Origin: Ginkgo biloba
Taxonomy: Eukaryota > Plantae > Ginkgophyta
Assembly (NCBI GenBank): GCA_024626585.2
Contig: JANKJI020000004.1
Span: 111,143,249 to 111,165,075, forward strand
Length of the DNA: 21,827 nucleotides
Direction: 5' to 3'
The position numbers and the translations under genes were made by a program. This document shows positions 10,534 to 21,827 of this stretch, piece after piece. How positions within the stretch are numbered: the first letter of the stretch is position 1; each line of letters starts with the position of its first letter. The notes under the pieces were generated by a model, which saw only the letters and a list, made by a program, of their open reading frames with translations, was not told the DNA's origin and searched no databases.

Positions 10534-10661
10534 AGGCAATCACTCTCTAGCATAATGAGGGTGCTTATACTTTTTAACGTTTGTCGGATGGGGTAGCAGG
10601 CAATCACTCTCTAGCAGAATGAGGGTGCTTATACTTTTTTACGTTTGTAGGATGGGGTAGC
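10534..10661. repeat. Tandem duplication, 2 x 64 bp
   Basis: aggcaatcactctctagca(t/g)aatgagggtgcttatacttttt(a/t)acgtttgt(c/a)ggatggggtagc at 10534-10597 and 10598-10661, with 3 mismatches. Confidence 0.97.
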
Positions 10662-12059
10662 TGTTAGTGAAATGCCAAGCATGCAAAAGAAATTTCAAAA
10701 AAAAAATTCATATTAAATGGCATGAATAATTAACTGTTATTAATAAAAAAGCAACCAACACACAAACTATAAGTATTGTAGATGACATTTCCTACTCCGA
10801 AAATGTCAAAACTTTACACTGCTATTGGGCCTGAAACCTTAGAACTTTTGCATTTTGATTTCCATTAAGTTTTAACACAATCCGTTTTAACATACTTGTT
10901 TCATAAGAGTTAAGGTGAGTGTTTTAGTCACATCTACCAACCAACTGTTGCATCTTAATACTTACAAGGAGATGATTCGGCAATAAATCATATTCAAAGT
11001 TCACAACCACAATGACCTCAATAGATAAATATTTAATATGACATGGCAATACAAATGTAATATTTGATTGAATATCCATAATATCAAGTCTAAGAAGATC
11101 AAGTCACCTATATATCTTATTATAGACATAATTGTTTCTTGAAGATAACCTTGTGTTACTTTGTGGTAACTAAATTAAGGTTTTTGCCATATAATATACA
11201 ACCAAATAGGTGTTAGGGATCACACTGACAAGTCGTTAGTATTGCAAATGGCATTCTATGATCTACTTCCATCGTAATAGTCAAGATCATTGTCACATCC
11301 CGCACTCCTACTCCTACCTCAAAGAACAAACATTCATATCTAGAAATGAAAATCTAAGTGAGACAACTTTAGCCACATAGCAAAGAAGCTAAACTATTGT
11401 ACTCAAATGNNNNNNNNNNNNNNNNNNNNNNNNNNNNNNNNNNNNNNNNNNNNNNNNNNNNNNNNNNNNNNNNNNNNNNNNNNNNNNNNNNNNNNNNNNN
11501 NNNNNNNNNTGGGAAAAATACTAAAATGATAAAGAGGAAAGTTTTTTCTTTTTCTAACCAAAAAAATCATACTATTGGCAAATATGGATGCAAATAGTAT
11601 ATTGTTTGTCTAAAACATGGCATGCTTTCACAGATGAAAAAGAAGGTAAGTTATAAATATCTCTTCATGTGAACTTTAAACAGAGATCCTAGGAAGATGA
11701 TCTTCGTAATGATGAGCACACTCCTGCCTTGGGCATATTTTTCCTCCCAAAAGTTGCCATTGTCAGCACCCTACAACTCCCATTACAGACCGAATTAGAG
11801 CAACTGGCCTAGGCAAAGTCAAACTCAGTCAGAGGGTTAATGAAAATTCAGAAAAATGGTTTAAGAAAATAGATTATTGGGGCCCAAAGCACTCCTGGCG
11901 ACTTAGAAAGAAAAACAGCATTAGCCCAAAAACAAGTCGGCTAGACTCCCAACATGAAACCAAGGTTAAATAAACATTTATTGCATATACAAAGACTCTC
12001 TGAAGGCTCTATCATCATCGTAGTCCTTAGAAGTAAATTGGGAAAAGAACTTGTGTGAA

Positions 12060-12300
12060 GGAGAAGCAAATCTGTTAAGTAGTCAACCTAATATCTACAT
12101 CATGAGATATAAACCTAATATGCATGTATTGGAAGGACTTTTAGACTGTGCAATTGCACGTGAGGATAGTGAAAGAGTGTTGATTACCACTATGAAGGAG
12201 AACAACTTGTATTTGTTAAGGGCGGAAGACATGAAATGCAAGAACGACTTGATAAAAGGATCAATGACTTGCAGACGAGTGCATTTATGGTGACTATGGC
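12060..12300 (+). mobile_element. Ty1/Copia pol fragment (protease end / GAG-pre-integrase region)
   Basis: ANLLSSQ...DCAI...VLITTMKENNLYLL...CRRVHLW* fits the Copia pattern NLLSVSQL...C.I...G...NNLY.L...LWHxRLGH. Confidence 0.55.
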
Positions 12301-13766
12301 CTAAGGATGAACTATAGAAGGTTGTTTAACCTCCACAAGAGCAGGGCATCAAGATGCATTTCAAGAAAAAACAACATTTAATATTGATGGTTAAATGGGT
12401 GTGGAATTTTAGGATTAATTGTGGAGGCCACTGTAAGCACAGTCATTAAATAAAGTGTAGGTGCATTTATGAGGCAATCAACTGTACAACNNNNNNNNNN
12501 ATGAGGCAATACAAGATCTAAATATGCAAGTACAATAATAGTATAACTTGGATAGCAAGTACAATATGTGATAAATGTCAATTAGATTGGTTTGCTTTCT
12601 CTAATTCTTGTTTGCTCCTTTGTTTATGCATATCCATGAAGTGCAATTACTAATGTGCATGCTAATGTGAATTTGTATGATAGAAATGTTGAATTGATAA
12701 ATGCAATCAGTGTAAGTTAGCATAATGTTCGAAAAAGTATGAATATTAAATGTTTATGTTTTAAATTGAATGACCTTGATATTAAAAGTAGAAATGGCTA
12801 AGATCTTTAGACATAAGTCCAATATGAACCATTGAATTATAAATATATGTTTAAGGGGGACTTATAGATATAGTGTCTATCTAAATAGACCTCCTTGATT
12901 GAATACGTTTTTAAATGGATAGTCAATTGCCTTGGATGGATGTGGTTACTCCATTACACATGCCATCACATAGGGCATGTATACACAATTGAAGATAACT
13001 TGGCATGTAAGGCTTGCTAAAAAGCATTGCCACCACATAAGGCTTGTGTAGTAGTAGACCATCCTAACCTATATGTAATTGTGTTGGAGCACATCTTATA
13101 TGGTAAAGGGGTGGAATCCTTGACTTCAGTCAGTGGATGATCTAACATATATAAGTCCTACATTGGGATATGGTGTTAGCCCTATGACCTAGCCCAAGCA
13201 ATCAAGTGTCTCTTAGTGTTTGTTGACTATTGTGTAAGGGGCTTATGTACATAAATTATTTAGGTGTGAATATGGAGTTGTGGCATTGAGCATAAAGACT
13301 ACTAATGAGTTAAGCAACGATGTTCTCTCCAAGCGGCAAAAGTAATTATCTGTCCTAAACCTATATCTTGAGTAATAGTTGTGGCATAGATATATACCCC
13401 AAGGAACTATGGGGCCAATAATAGATTATTGGGGGGTATAAATAAGACTTAATCTTCATTTATAACCAAATGTGGATTTGTATTTTTGGGCTCCTTCTTG
13501 GAGATATCCATAGGCACTTGATCGTTTGCACTTACATTTTATATGTATATTTTTTGTAAAGATGGTTTCACTAAATAGAAAGAGTTGCATACATTTAAAA
13601 TAAATTAGAGTGGAGTTTAAACACACCCATTATCTCTGCTGCCTTGGCATATACATAGGCACAAAATGTACTCCATGAAGATTTAATTTTCAAGCACAAG
13701 GAAGATGAATAAAAGGATGCACAAGAAGAGAATTCCTCCAACTACAAAGAATACTACGAATCAAAG

Positions 13767-13792
<26 letters not shown>
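13767..13792. repeat. (CT)13 microsatellite
   Basis: Read directly from the sequence. Confidence 0.97.
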
Positions 13793-13798
<6 letters not shown>

Positions 13799-16329
13799 CA
13801 ATATGTAATACAAATTAAGTCACAAAGCATTGATGATGTAAAGATTATCAATAGGTGAAGAGCCACCTAAAAGAGACTAGTCATGGTCAGATAGGAGTGT
13901 GCCAAAGTTGTATTCACAAACAAATGGCATGCACACTTATGATCATGTATGAGATTACATAAGAGGAAGAGATTAAATTAGTCATAAGTACAATGGGATG
14001 TGAAGAACAATAGAAGTAACATACATCGAGATTGTCACTCATGGGTATGCTGATAGGGTAAACAAGCTCTACATTAATCTTGATCTCAGATTTTTATCTG
14101 TAACAATTCAATTCCTCTAATTTTAAGGCATTCCATTTCAATTCATGCTCCATTGTATATGACATCATGAAAAGAGGATATTGCATCCATCCTCCACAAT
14201 TTAAATTAGGGTGGCTCTCTTCGACCTTGTCCAATAGATATTAATAACAATACATTCTTGTTAGACTAACAATTGACCAAGTCTCACTTAAGAGATTATG
14301 TAAAGATGAAGTTTATCAAGTATACTTCAATGCCCTCTTTATTTTACAATCTGACCACTCCTCACCAATTGGTCAGGTATCTGAGAGGCACAATGACAAC
14401 ATGTTATCAAAAGCTCCAAGAGCTTGGGGAACCTTTTCCCTAAGAAATTATCTCAATAATAAATTTCTTTTACATATAGGATAAGTTCACCATTCTATAT
14501 AATGCATTAAATAAGCCTCATACATATATGATCTATAAATTCTCCATTACATGTCAATAATGATATCTCCCATATCTAATTGCTTATTGAATTCCTATCA
14601 ATTATGTTATATCCCTCCCAAATAATAGCCACTTGTAGTTAGTTTCTATAATAATTCACCACCAATGTGCTTTCCATACATACTCTTATAGAATTTTGGG
14701 GAGATTTTAAGACCATTGCATCACATTTTTATGCAATTAAAGTTCACAATCACTTCTCATCCACTACCCATAAATATCTCCACTAAAAATAAAGTCCAAA
14801 TCCTACAAAATAAGCTTTAAAACTTAAATAAGTAACTTAAAACATAAAAATATTCCATGAAAAATTAGGAAAAAAAATATAAAAATGTAAAATTTTTCCT
14901 TACTAACTATTGACATGCTTTTCTATAGTAATATATGAATAAACATGTTGGTTAGTGCATAATAGTGAAAACTTATACATCAATTGATTTTCTTGACTAT
15001 AGAAATCCATGTTAATGGCTATGCAATCAAATTTATAAAAAAAATAGGTAAAAAATATAAAAAACCAATAAAAATATAAATATTGGGTTTAATAAATACC
15101 TATAAGGAATTATTGAACTCATCTAGATCAATATAATTCTTAATCTTAATGAAACCAAATGGTAAAAATGAGGGGTAAATAATATTTTATACTCAAATCA
15201 TTCTTAGTTTTACCTTGTTGTTCTAAAGTTAAGTTATTTTTCTACAAACTGACCCAAATTTGGTAGGAATGGATGATTCTACATGTGTTTACTATAGTTT
15301 CATAAATATAGTTGTGCAATTATGTTTCCACATAGATATAATAGCCTAGATCCTTTTTTGAGAGGATGATGAAGTTATAGTTCACTCAATGCATTTTTTC
15401 CATTTCCCACTTATAAATAATAAATAAGAGTGCTAAGCNNNNNNNNNNNNNNNNNNNNNNNNNNNNNNNNNNNNNNNNNNNNNNNNNNNNNNNNNNNNNN
15501 NNNNNNNNNNNNNNNNNNNNNNNNNNNNNNNNNNNNNNATGTCACATTTTGGGTGCAAAAACTTTGCATTAGTATGTAGGAAAATGATGCAGAGTACAAT
15601 GCTTCGCTCTGTAGCCATATTTTAGTTATAAAATAGAAATTTAAAGATATGAATGAAGATGACCTAGCCGGATCCTCAAAATAGTGATTATAGAGTTTCT
15701 ACTGCGTATATGTAATAAAATCTAGGCTTAACCTCCCATCGAAGAGTTGGACTTGTCCTTGGTGATGTCCTCATCCCCGAGAGCTTTTCCATGGTGCTTC
15801 TAACATATGTCATTATCCAATTGGAGGCGCCCTGCAATGGCTTAATCTTGGGGCCCTTCTTTTCCCTCTTTTCTCTCTCATAAGCACCTCTTTTGGTGAT
15901 TTGATCAATAGTTGTAAGACACAAGTATTGGCTTTACTATTAAACTTACATTCTTTTACTCTTTTTGAGATAATACTTACTTGAATTTGTTGGCTATAAT
16001 GGAACCAAATTCTTTGATTACCATTACATGTTTTCACATACATAACAAGTACTTGTTCCCATTTTGAAAAGAATCAATGTAATCAACGTTGCACATCATT
16101 CTATTGGTTTCTTGTAGTAGCATTGGTCTAATACCTTATAGGTTGTGAATGAAGGATGCATAGTTTTTGAATGGAGATATTCTTCTCGTTTGAATTTATA
16201 TGTTGCCATGTTCGTGTTGATGAGGTTGCTATTTTTTTGGCACTCTTGTATGTGTTTACAGTATTATTTTTATTTGGAGATTCTCCTAGAAAAACTTAGC
16301 ACCAAACTTGGTATAAAATATTGTCAATT

Positions 16330-16700
16330 GTTAAAACAAAATGGAGAAATTATCAATTCATTATTTCTTGGACCTTTTTTATTGGGACACTTAGTTCTAT
16401 GGCCCCTCACACATAGCAAAATAATTGATGGTGAGTCACATATGTCAAGTCTCTTTGACATGTTTAATTTCTTCATGGTGATTTACTACACCTTCCCATA
16501 TTATGTTCCCCAATTTGGGGTATTAGTTATAATAAGCTTCCTATTTTATAAACTTGTATAGGAAAAGTTAGCAATCATTTTTGAAGCATTGGAAGAGGAT
16601 TAGGCCCCTTGATAAAGTGGGTGCATGAAGTATCCTTGCATGTGCAATCTACAATAGATGTGTTTTAGCAAAACTTCTTGTTATAAGCTCTTCAAGTTGT
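16330..16700 (-). mobile_element. Possible hAT transposase C-terminal relic
   Basis: Minus-strand LHMQGYFMHPLYQG (16647-16606) resembles LHAAGYFLNP.Y. It is followed by W....LTINYFAMCEG...SKK**I, resembling the dimerisation motif SA.CER..S....K.RN.L. Heavily decayed. Confidence 0.3.
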
Positions 16701-17886
16701 CTCTCGAGAACTTGCATTATGATCAACAAATAGAAGATTAGTAAAACTGACATGAGTAATCCTCCTCTTAATACAGGATTTATTTGTTGCTTTGAAAGTC
16801 TAATAACTTAGCAAGGCAAAAGGGGTCTTATGTGCTACATGACACCCATGCATCTAGCCATGGACACTATTGATTAAAATCTTATTATTGCATCCCTTGA
16901 ATCATTAATGCAAGATCCCAACTTGTACACATATGAGGGCATGTCTAGTAAGATCTATAATAGGATTGCATTTTATGAGATTCACCCATGCTACTATAAC
17001 TTCTCACGAGATTTGCTCAAACTACATGCGGTGATAGGAATCGATCGCCCACATTGGGCACCCGACACTTTCATAGAGCATCCAGCGCATGGCATCCAAC
17101 CACATATGAATTCTGTTAGCATTAATATTCCATCTTAGCATTATACATATTGGTCTTTACAATGGTACCCAACCTTAGGCATCCAACCTCTGAGTAACAA
17201 GTCATTTAGTTAAGCAAGCACACATATCAAATGGACTAATGTATACTAACTTATGGCCAAATGAGATTGCAAATAATAGACTTAATACTTTAGAATATTA
17301 TTCATTATTCATTGTCAACCTTTAATAGAGGCTGCGACATTTTCATCGTTACACCTCCTACCCTGATATAAAATAATAATTGACCTTGCTTGGTTAATTA
17401 TTTTTCAATCAATAAATCATTAATTATTTAATGTTTTATAAGGTTTGTACAACTAAGGCCATATGATGCACTTAGATTGACAAANNNNNNNNNNNNNNNN
17501 NNNNNNNNNNNNNNNNNNNNNNNNNNNNNNNNNNNNNNNNNNNNNNNNNNNNNNNNNNNNNNNNNNNNNNNNNNNNNNNNNNNNNNNNNNNNNNNNNNNN
17601 NNNNNNNNNNNNNNNNNNNNNNNNNNNNNNNNNNNNNNNNNNNNNNNNNNNNNNNNNNNNNNNNNNNNNNNNNNNNNNNNNNNNNNNNNNNNNNNNNNNN
17701 NNNNNNNNNNNNNNNNNNNNNNNNNNNNNNNNNNNNNNNNNNNNNNNNNNNNNNNNNNNNNNNNNNNNNNNNNNNNNNNNNNNNNNNNNNNNNNNNNNNN
17801 NNNNNNNNNNNNNNNNNNNNNNNNNNNNNNNNNNNNNNNNNNNNNNNNNNNNNNNNNNNNNNNNNNNNNNNNNNNNNNNNNNNNNN

Positions 17887-18060
17887 GAATTTGCATAATT
17901 GAGTTCATGTTTATTGTTGCAAATCTTTGAGCATCTCTTTGTCTCTCTTCATTCTTCATCTTTGTTGTGAGCCCAAAGCTTTTGCAAGTCTTTTGCTCGT
18001 GTATTCAAGGGGATCCATTCAGTTCTTTCCCATTGGCCCCACATCAATTGGTATCAGATC
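17887..18060 (+). mobile_element. 3' end of a 5' LTR (...CCACATCA, ending 18046) plus tRNA-iMet PBS (18049-18058) of an LTR retrotransposon, probably Gypsy
   Basis: ccacatCA-at-TGGTATCAGAtc is a canonical LTR/PBS junction. The LTR start is probably hidden in the gap at 17485-17886. Confidence 0.8.
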
Positions 18061-18081
18061 TTGGTAAGATCTCTAAAATTT

Positions 18082-18200
18082 CAGCCTCTGAGACAACCAC
18101 GCTAAGTCTGATTAGTGTCTGAGTTGCCCATGCTAAGTCCTATCAGTCTCTGAGTCAACCACGCTTGTCTTTTTAGCCTCTGAGTTGTTCATGTAAAATC
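18082..18200 (+). repeat. Four ~31-bp tandem units in the retrotransposon leader (A-B-A-B pattern)
   Basis: cagcctctgagacaaccacgctaagtctgat / tagtgtctgagttgcccatgctaagtcctat / cagtctctgagtcaaccacgcttgtctttt / tagcctctgagttgttcatgtaaaatc. Confidence 0.85.
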
Positions 18201-18330
18201 ATTTACTGCAATTGCATAGTTCTGTATGTCTTCAAATTCGTAGTTCCGATTTTCGATGATTTACAATTTGTACTGCGTAAATGCGCATCGTATTGTGTAA
18301 ACGTGCGCCGAAGGAGCACGCTACAACACG

Positions 18331-18399
18331 GTATCCTCTGCACCCGCGTGCACGGATACAGTATCCTCTGCACACGTGCACACAAACATAGTATTCTTG
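18331..18399 (+). repeat. 30-bp-period repeat with internal palindromes and a hairpin
   Basis: gtatcctctgcac at 18331 and 18361, gtattctt at 18391. The first unit folds as gtatcc-tc-tgcac(ccgc)gtgca-c-ggatac. Confidence 0.8.
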
Positions 18400-18901
18400 A
18401 AATTTTATATAGAGTGTAGTTTGTGACCATACAATTTGATAGAGAATTAATTTCTAGTATTATAGAGAGTATAGAAAGTCATAGAACATATTACCCCATT
18501 AGATTTGAAAAAATGCTTCTACATACTTTAATAAAATCCTTCAATACTAAGTGGGTACATCATTTGATATCAAAGCAAGGTTTGTGACTTTGCTATTAAG
18601 CCATTCTATTTTCTCTTAGTAGCGTATTTTTTGGCTTGCATTTATAAGTTGTATATTTTTCATTAAGAGAATAACTTTCTTATTGTTGCATTGGTTGTCT
18701 TGCTATTAGTAAGATGGATTTCCTGCAATAAGATTAAGAGTTAGATTGTTGGCATGTTTGTTGGATTTTATTTGTAAGATGGATTTCCCATAATAAGTGT
18801 AAGATTTTTATTGGAATAACTTATCCATGATAGTTTTAAACTTAGTGAGGGACTCTTTATTGCCATTTTTGTTCATTTTCTAAAATTTATTCTTTTTCTA
18901 T

Positions 18902-19104
18902 ATGATATCTACTAAAAGTGAATCATAGATTGCAAGCCAAGGTGCAAGGATAGAGGAAGGCACAAAAGGAAAGGAAGAAGATCCAAAAGGTCCTTTTGAA
19001 ATCAGTATTGATAAAGAAGATGAAGAGGATGAGCTAAGTGGAAGTGAGGGGAATGAAGAGGGTTCCCATGAATCATGTATGGACAAGATACGGAAGGTAA
19101 TGAG
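18902..19104 (+). pseudogene. Probable gag N-terminus of the element whose PBS is at 18049; acidic low-complexity, one stop, cut by a gap
   Basis: MISTKSES*IASQGARIEEGTKGKEEDPKGPFEISIDKEDEEDELSGSEGNEEG... An M-x-x-T-R/K-S start is common in Gypsy gag, and position and strand fit. Confidence 0.45.
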
Positions 19105-19633
19105 NNNNNNNNNNNNNNNNNNNNNNNNNNNNNNNNNNNNNNNNNNNNNNNNNNNNNNNNNNNNNNNNNNNNNNNNNNNNNNNNNNNNNNNNNNNNNNNN
19201 NNNNGAAATTTACTTGTCACATCTTGGATCTTGAGACTTGGTTCACTCATGCGTGCAAACTTTATCATGCTTCCAATTAGTAAACCATGCAAAACTCAAT
19301 TTGTCCTATATCTTGTCTTTCCTTCACACAACCATGTTGAGAAAGCCATCCATAACTTCAAATCAATAAAGCTAAAGACATTAAAGGTTTGCAATTTGAA
19401 GTTCTAAAAGATAATGCTTACATACTTTAGCTATTGTTGAATTATTTAATGAGATTGTGTGCCCAATCTTCCCTCTCTCTTGGACCTCAAGCATTATATA
19501 CCCTGTCTTTAAATTAGGGGTTAAGCATCAAGTCTAGAAATTATTGTACCATTAAGATAGGCCATACTCTAGCCAAACATTACTTTATTGTTTTGTTTGA
19601 TTTATTTTAGAGTTAGTTAATAGAGATCTTTTT

Positions 19634-21213
19634 AGAACTAAAGCGCAAACACGCTTCCATTATGATCACAAGACTTTGAATCACATCTTTACACTCAAAT
19701 CCATCATTGAGGAGGCCAGACATTGAAATTTAGAAGTCTATTACTCTTTTGTGGATTTTTTGAAAATCCTTTGATATAGTCCCTTAACAACTTCTCATGG
19801 ACAAATTATATAGGCTTGGCATTCTAGAGGTGATTGTCTTTCAATGATGACCTTTTATGAGTAAGTAGTTGGTTGGTTTGCGTGCCACATACGTTCTCTA
19901 GTGACATCTAAAGTACTACTGGGGTGATGCATGGATGCCCTCTTTCACCTCCATCAATTGGCTTGTTCATTGATAAGCTTGAGCAACATATCCGAGAGGC
20001 CACCCAGATAGACGATGGATGTCTTCTTCATGATCTCTTGATTGCCATACTTCTTTTTGTTGATGACGTAGTCCTTTTATCTTCTACTCAAGAGGAGCTT
20101 CAAAGAAAACTAGATGCATTTGCTTCATTCTATGATAGTCGATGCCTTCAAATGAACCTTGATAAAACCAAGGTACTGTCTTCAACACTTCTACACATGT
20201 CATCTCTTGGCTTCACTTCACTTTCAGAGGTCAAGTAGTTGACATGTTATCCTCTTTCACCTATCTCGATGTCTAGTTTTGTGGTCCTACCTTGAACATG
20301 CATCTAGCAGCTCAATCTCAACTCTAGAAGGGATATGCCTCCTTTTCACTCCTTGAGAGATAATGTTTCTAGCTTTAGTTCCAAGATATTCCCACAAAAC
20401 AAATGTTGTTTAACACCCTAGTGAGGCTAACAACTCTTTATGGATTAGAGGTGTGAGGACCTGGTCTACCTACAGGTGATTGGGTGCAGGTGGATAGAGT
20501 CCAAACACTTACATTACCCACGATTATATGATATAAGAGGATAGTACCACAGAGTGTAATATAGGCAAAGTTCGATGCTCACCCAATTTGACCAGACACT
20601 ATATACCAGATTTGTACATACCTACATAGGGTTTGCACTATGGTGGACACCCACACAAGGAGAGGACAATATTTGTATCTTACATTATGTTCATTATAGG
20701 TATTAGCAAAGTAGGAGAACACTGCCATCGACATGGGTTGTATAATTAGGTTTTTGTACTACTTCAAACAATTGGCATATTGATTGATAAGTTGCCCCTG
20801 TTCAAATTCTCTTTCGATGCATTGAATATTCACCTTATGAGGAAGAAGATCAATGAGCAAATTTAGGAGGACAGTTATAGGCCCTGCATTCAATCTACAT
20901 GGATCTCTCCAACTAGGGCCCTTAGTCTAAGTTGGCCCTTTATCTAGAATGCTTTCTCTACATCTTTGATGGCACCATAGACCTTCAGTTCCCCATTTCC
21001 TAGTTCCCCATTGGGCAATTCAAAGTATGCTCTCATCAATTTATGGTGGAGGAAAAACACCATTTACCCAGAAACCAATGCACTTGCAAACTTTGTTCAC
21101 TTGAGGTGGAGATAGACGAACACTTCCATTTTTTAATGTCCATCCTTTTATGAGATTCAAGGGACATATTATTGCCTTTTCAAGGACACGAAAGGGTCCC
21201 TTGCAACATTCAT
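19634..21213 (+). mobile_element. Degenerate 5'-truncated non-LTR retrotransposon (LINE; RTE/RTEX-like): RT domain plus C-terminal CCHC finger
   Basis: KAQTRFHYDHKTLNHIFTLKSIIEEAR...YSFVDF/KSFDIVP; GVMHGCPLSP (19921-19950); LLFVDDVVLL (FVDD at 20056-20067); NLDKTKV; FTYL; CKLCSLEVEIDEHFHF/CPSFYEIQGTYYCLF (~21085-21180). Confidence 0.9.
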
Positions 21214-21579
21214 TGTTACAGCCCAGAAAAGTCAGGTTATTTCATTAACCGACTCAAGAAAGGTTACTTCGTTAATCGCATAAAAGCCAAAGGTTTCCTT
21301 GGAAACACGAAACATGTGTTCTAGAGTTATTGTTGAGCGCTCCTGAAAGGGTCATTATAAGAGAGAAACGTAACAAGACGTTACCTAGGTAAGTGTGTTA
21401 GTTAAGGGCGCTTCCTTCTAAAGGGTAGTGGTAGCTACCGAGATAACCCCTAAGGGCCTCTTGAGGCTTGTAGATGCTTCAAGTGTGGTTAGGCTCTTAT
21501 GTGGGGTTAGGTGACTCTCCTATGCTATAAATAAAGATGATTTTTATCTTGAGAAAATTATTCATTCATTTGTCTGGAG
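21214..21579 (+). repeat. Probable LTR (Gypsy-type start TGTTACAGCCC) abutting the LINE 3' end; TATA box at 21526-21533
   Basis: LINE homology stops abruptly at TGTTACAGCCC, cTATAAATA lies about 310 bp inside, and the sequence runs into a gap. Confidence 0.55.
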
Positions 21580-21827
21580 NNNNNNNNNNNNNNNNNNNNN
21601 NNNNNNNNNNNNNNNNTTGATGAATAATTTATGCCCATTAAGGAAGTCATATTTTTTTAGCATTGTCCATTTTTTTCATAGAGGAGGTGGTATGACTTGC
21701 ATAAAGACACTTTTCTATACCTTTGAACTAGATAAGATCACTATATTGGGGTTGCAAAAGGATGGAAACCTAAATTGGAGGGTTTACAAGTGTTTTTGAA
21801 GTGTTTGAAGTCCAAAAAACCTCATTA

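Noticed and set aside
11750-11775. KLPLSAP as the next CRTISO-like exon (ILPLSAAAMALPP)
   Set aside because: The match is limited to 5 residues, there is no suitable acceptor in phase, and the sequence diverges and stops immediately.
13393-13440. Inverted repeat ccaataat-ag-attattgg inside tatacccc...ggggtata
   Set aside because: Short low-complexity stems are expected by chance in AT-rich DNA; not a miRNA-sized hairpin.
16145-16561. 138-aa hydrophobic ORF as a membrane protein
   Set aside because: GTG start, F/L/Y bias explained by T-rich DNA, no recognisable motif.
17453-17959. Long ORFs containing X runs (also at 4470, 11397, 15411, 19002, 19075)
   Set aside because: Artefacts of translating through N gaps.
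18082-18200. 31-bp periodic units as a CRISPR array
   Set aside because: Units are contiguous with no unique spacers, there are no cas genes, and the context is a eukaryotic LTR leader.
18331-18365. GC-rich hairpin as a Helitron 3' terminus
   Set aside because: No CTRR end at the expected distance; the hairpin is part of a tandem unit in an LTR leader.

Overview
AT-rich eukaryotic DNA with many N-gaps, most likely from a land plant with a large genome (gymnosperm- or fern-like; species not determinable). Most of the window is decayed, nested transposons: a minus-strand Gypsy protease relic, the 5' half of a minus-strand Copia element (LTR, duplicated PBS, long leader, gag), a plus-strand Gypsy gag-protease element with PPT and 3' LTR but no visible RT/RH/INT, a Copia pre-integrase scrap, a possible hAT relic, a further LTR-PBS-leader with tandem repeats, an RTE/RTEX-like LINE RT and an LTR inserted at its end. 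The one clear host feature is a 54-bp in-frame exon at 9707-9760 (+), DLEKYAGPNAVREWKKLL, with canonical splice sites. I recall this peptide as matching the plant CRTISO-like FAD oxidoreductase (At1g57770-type), so the window probably lies inside two giant TE-filled introns. I see no intact novel multi-gene system. All protein-family assignments come from manual translation and memory, not from database searches.
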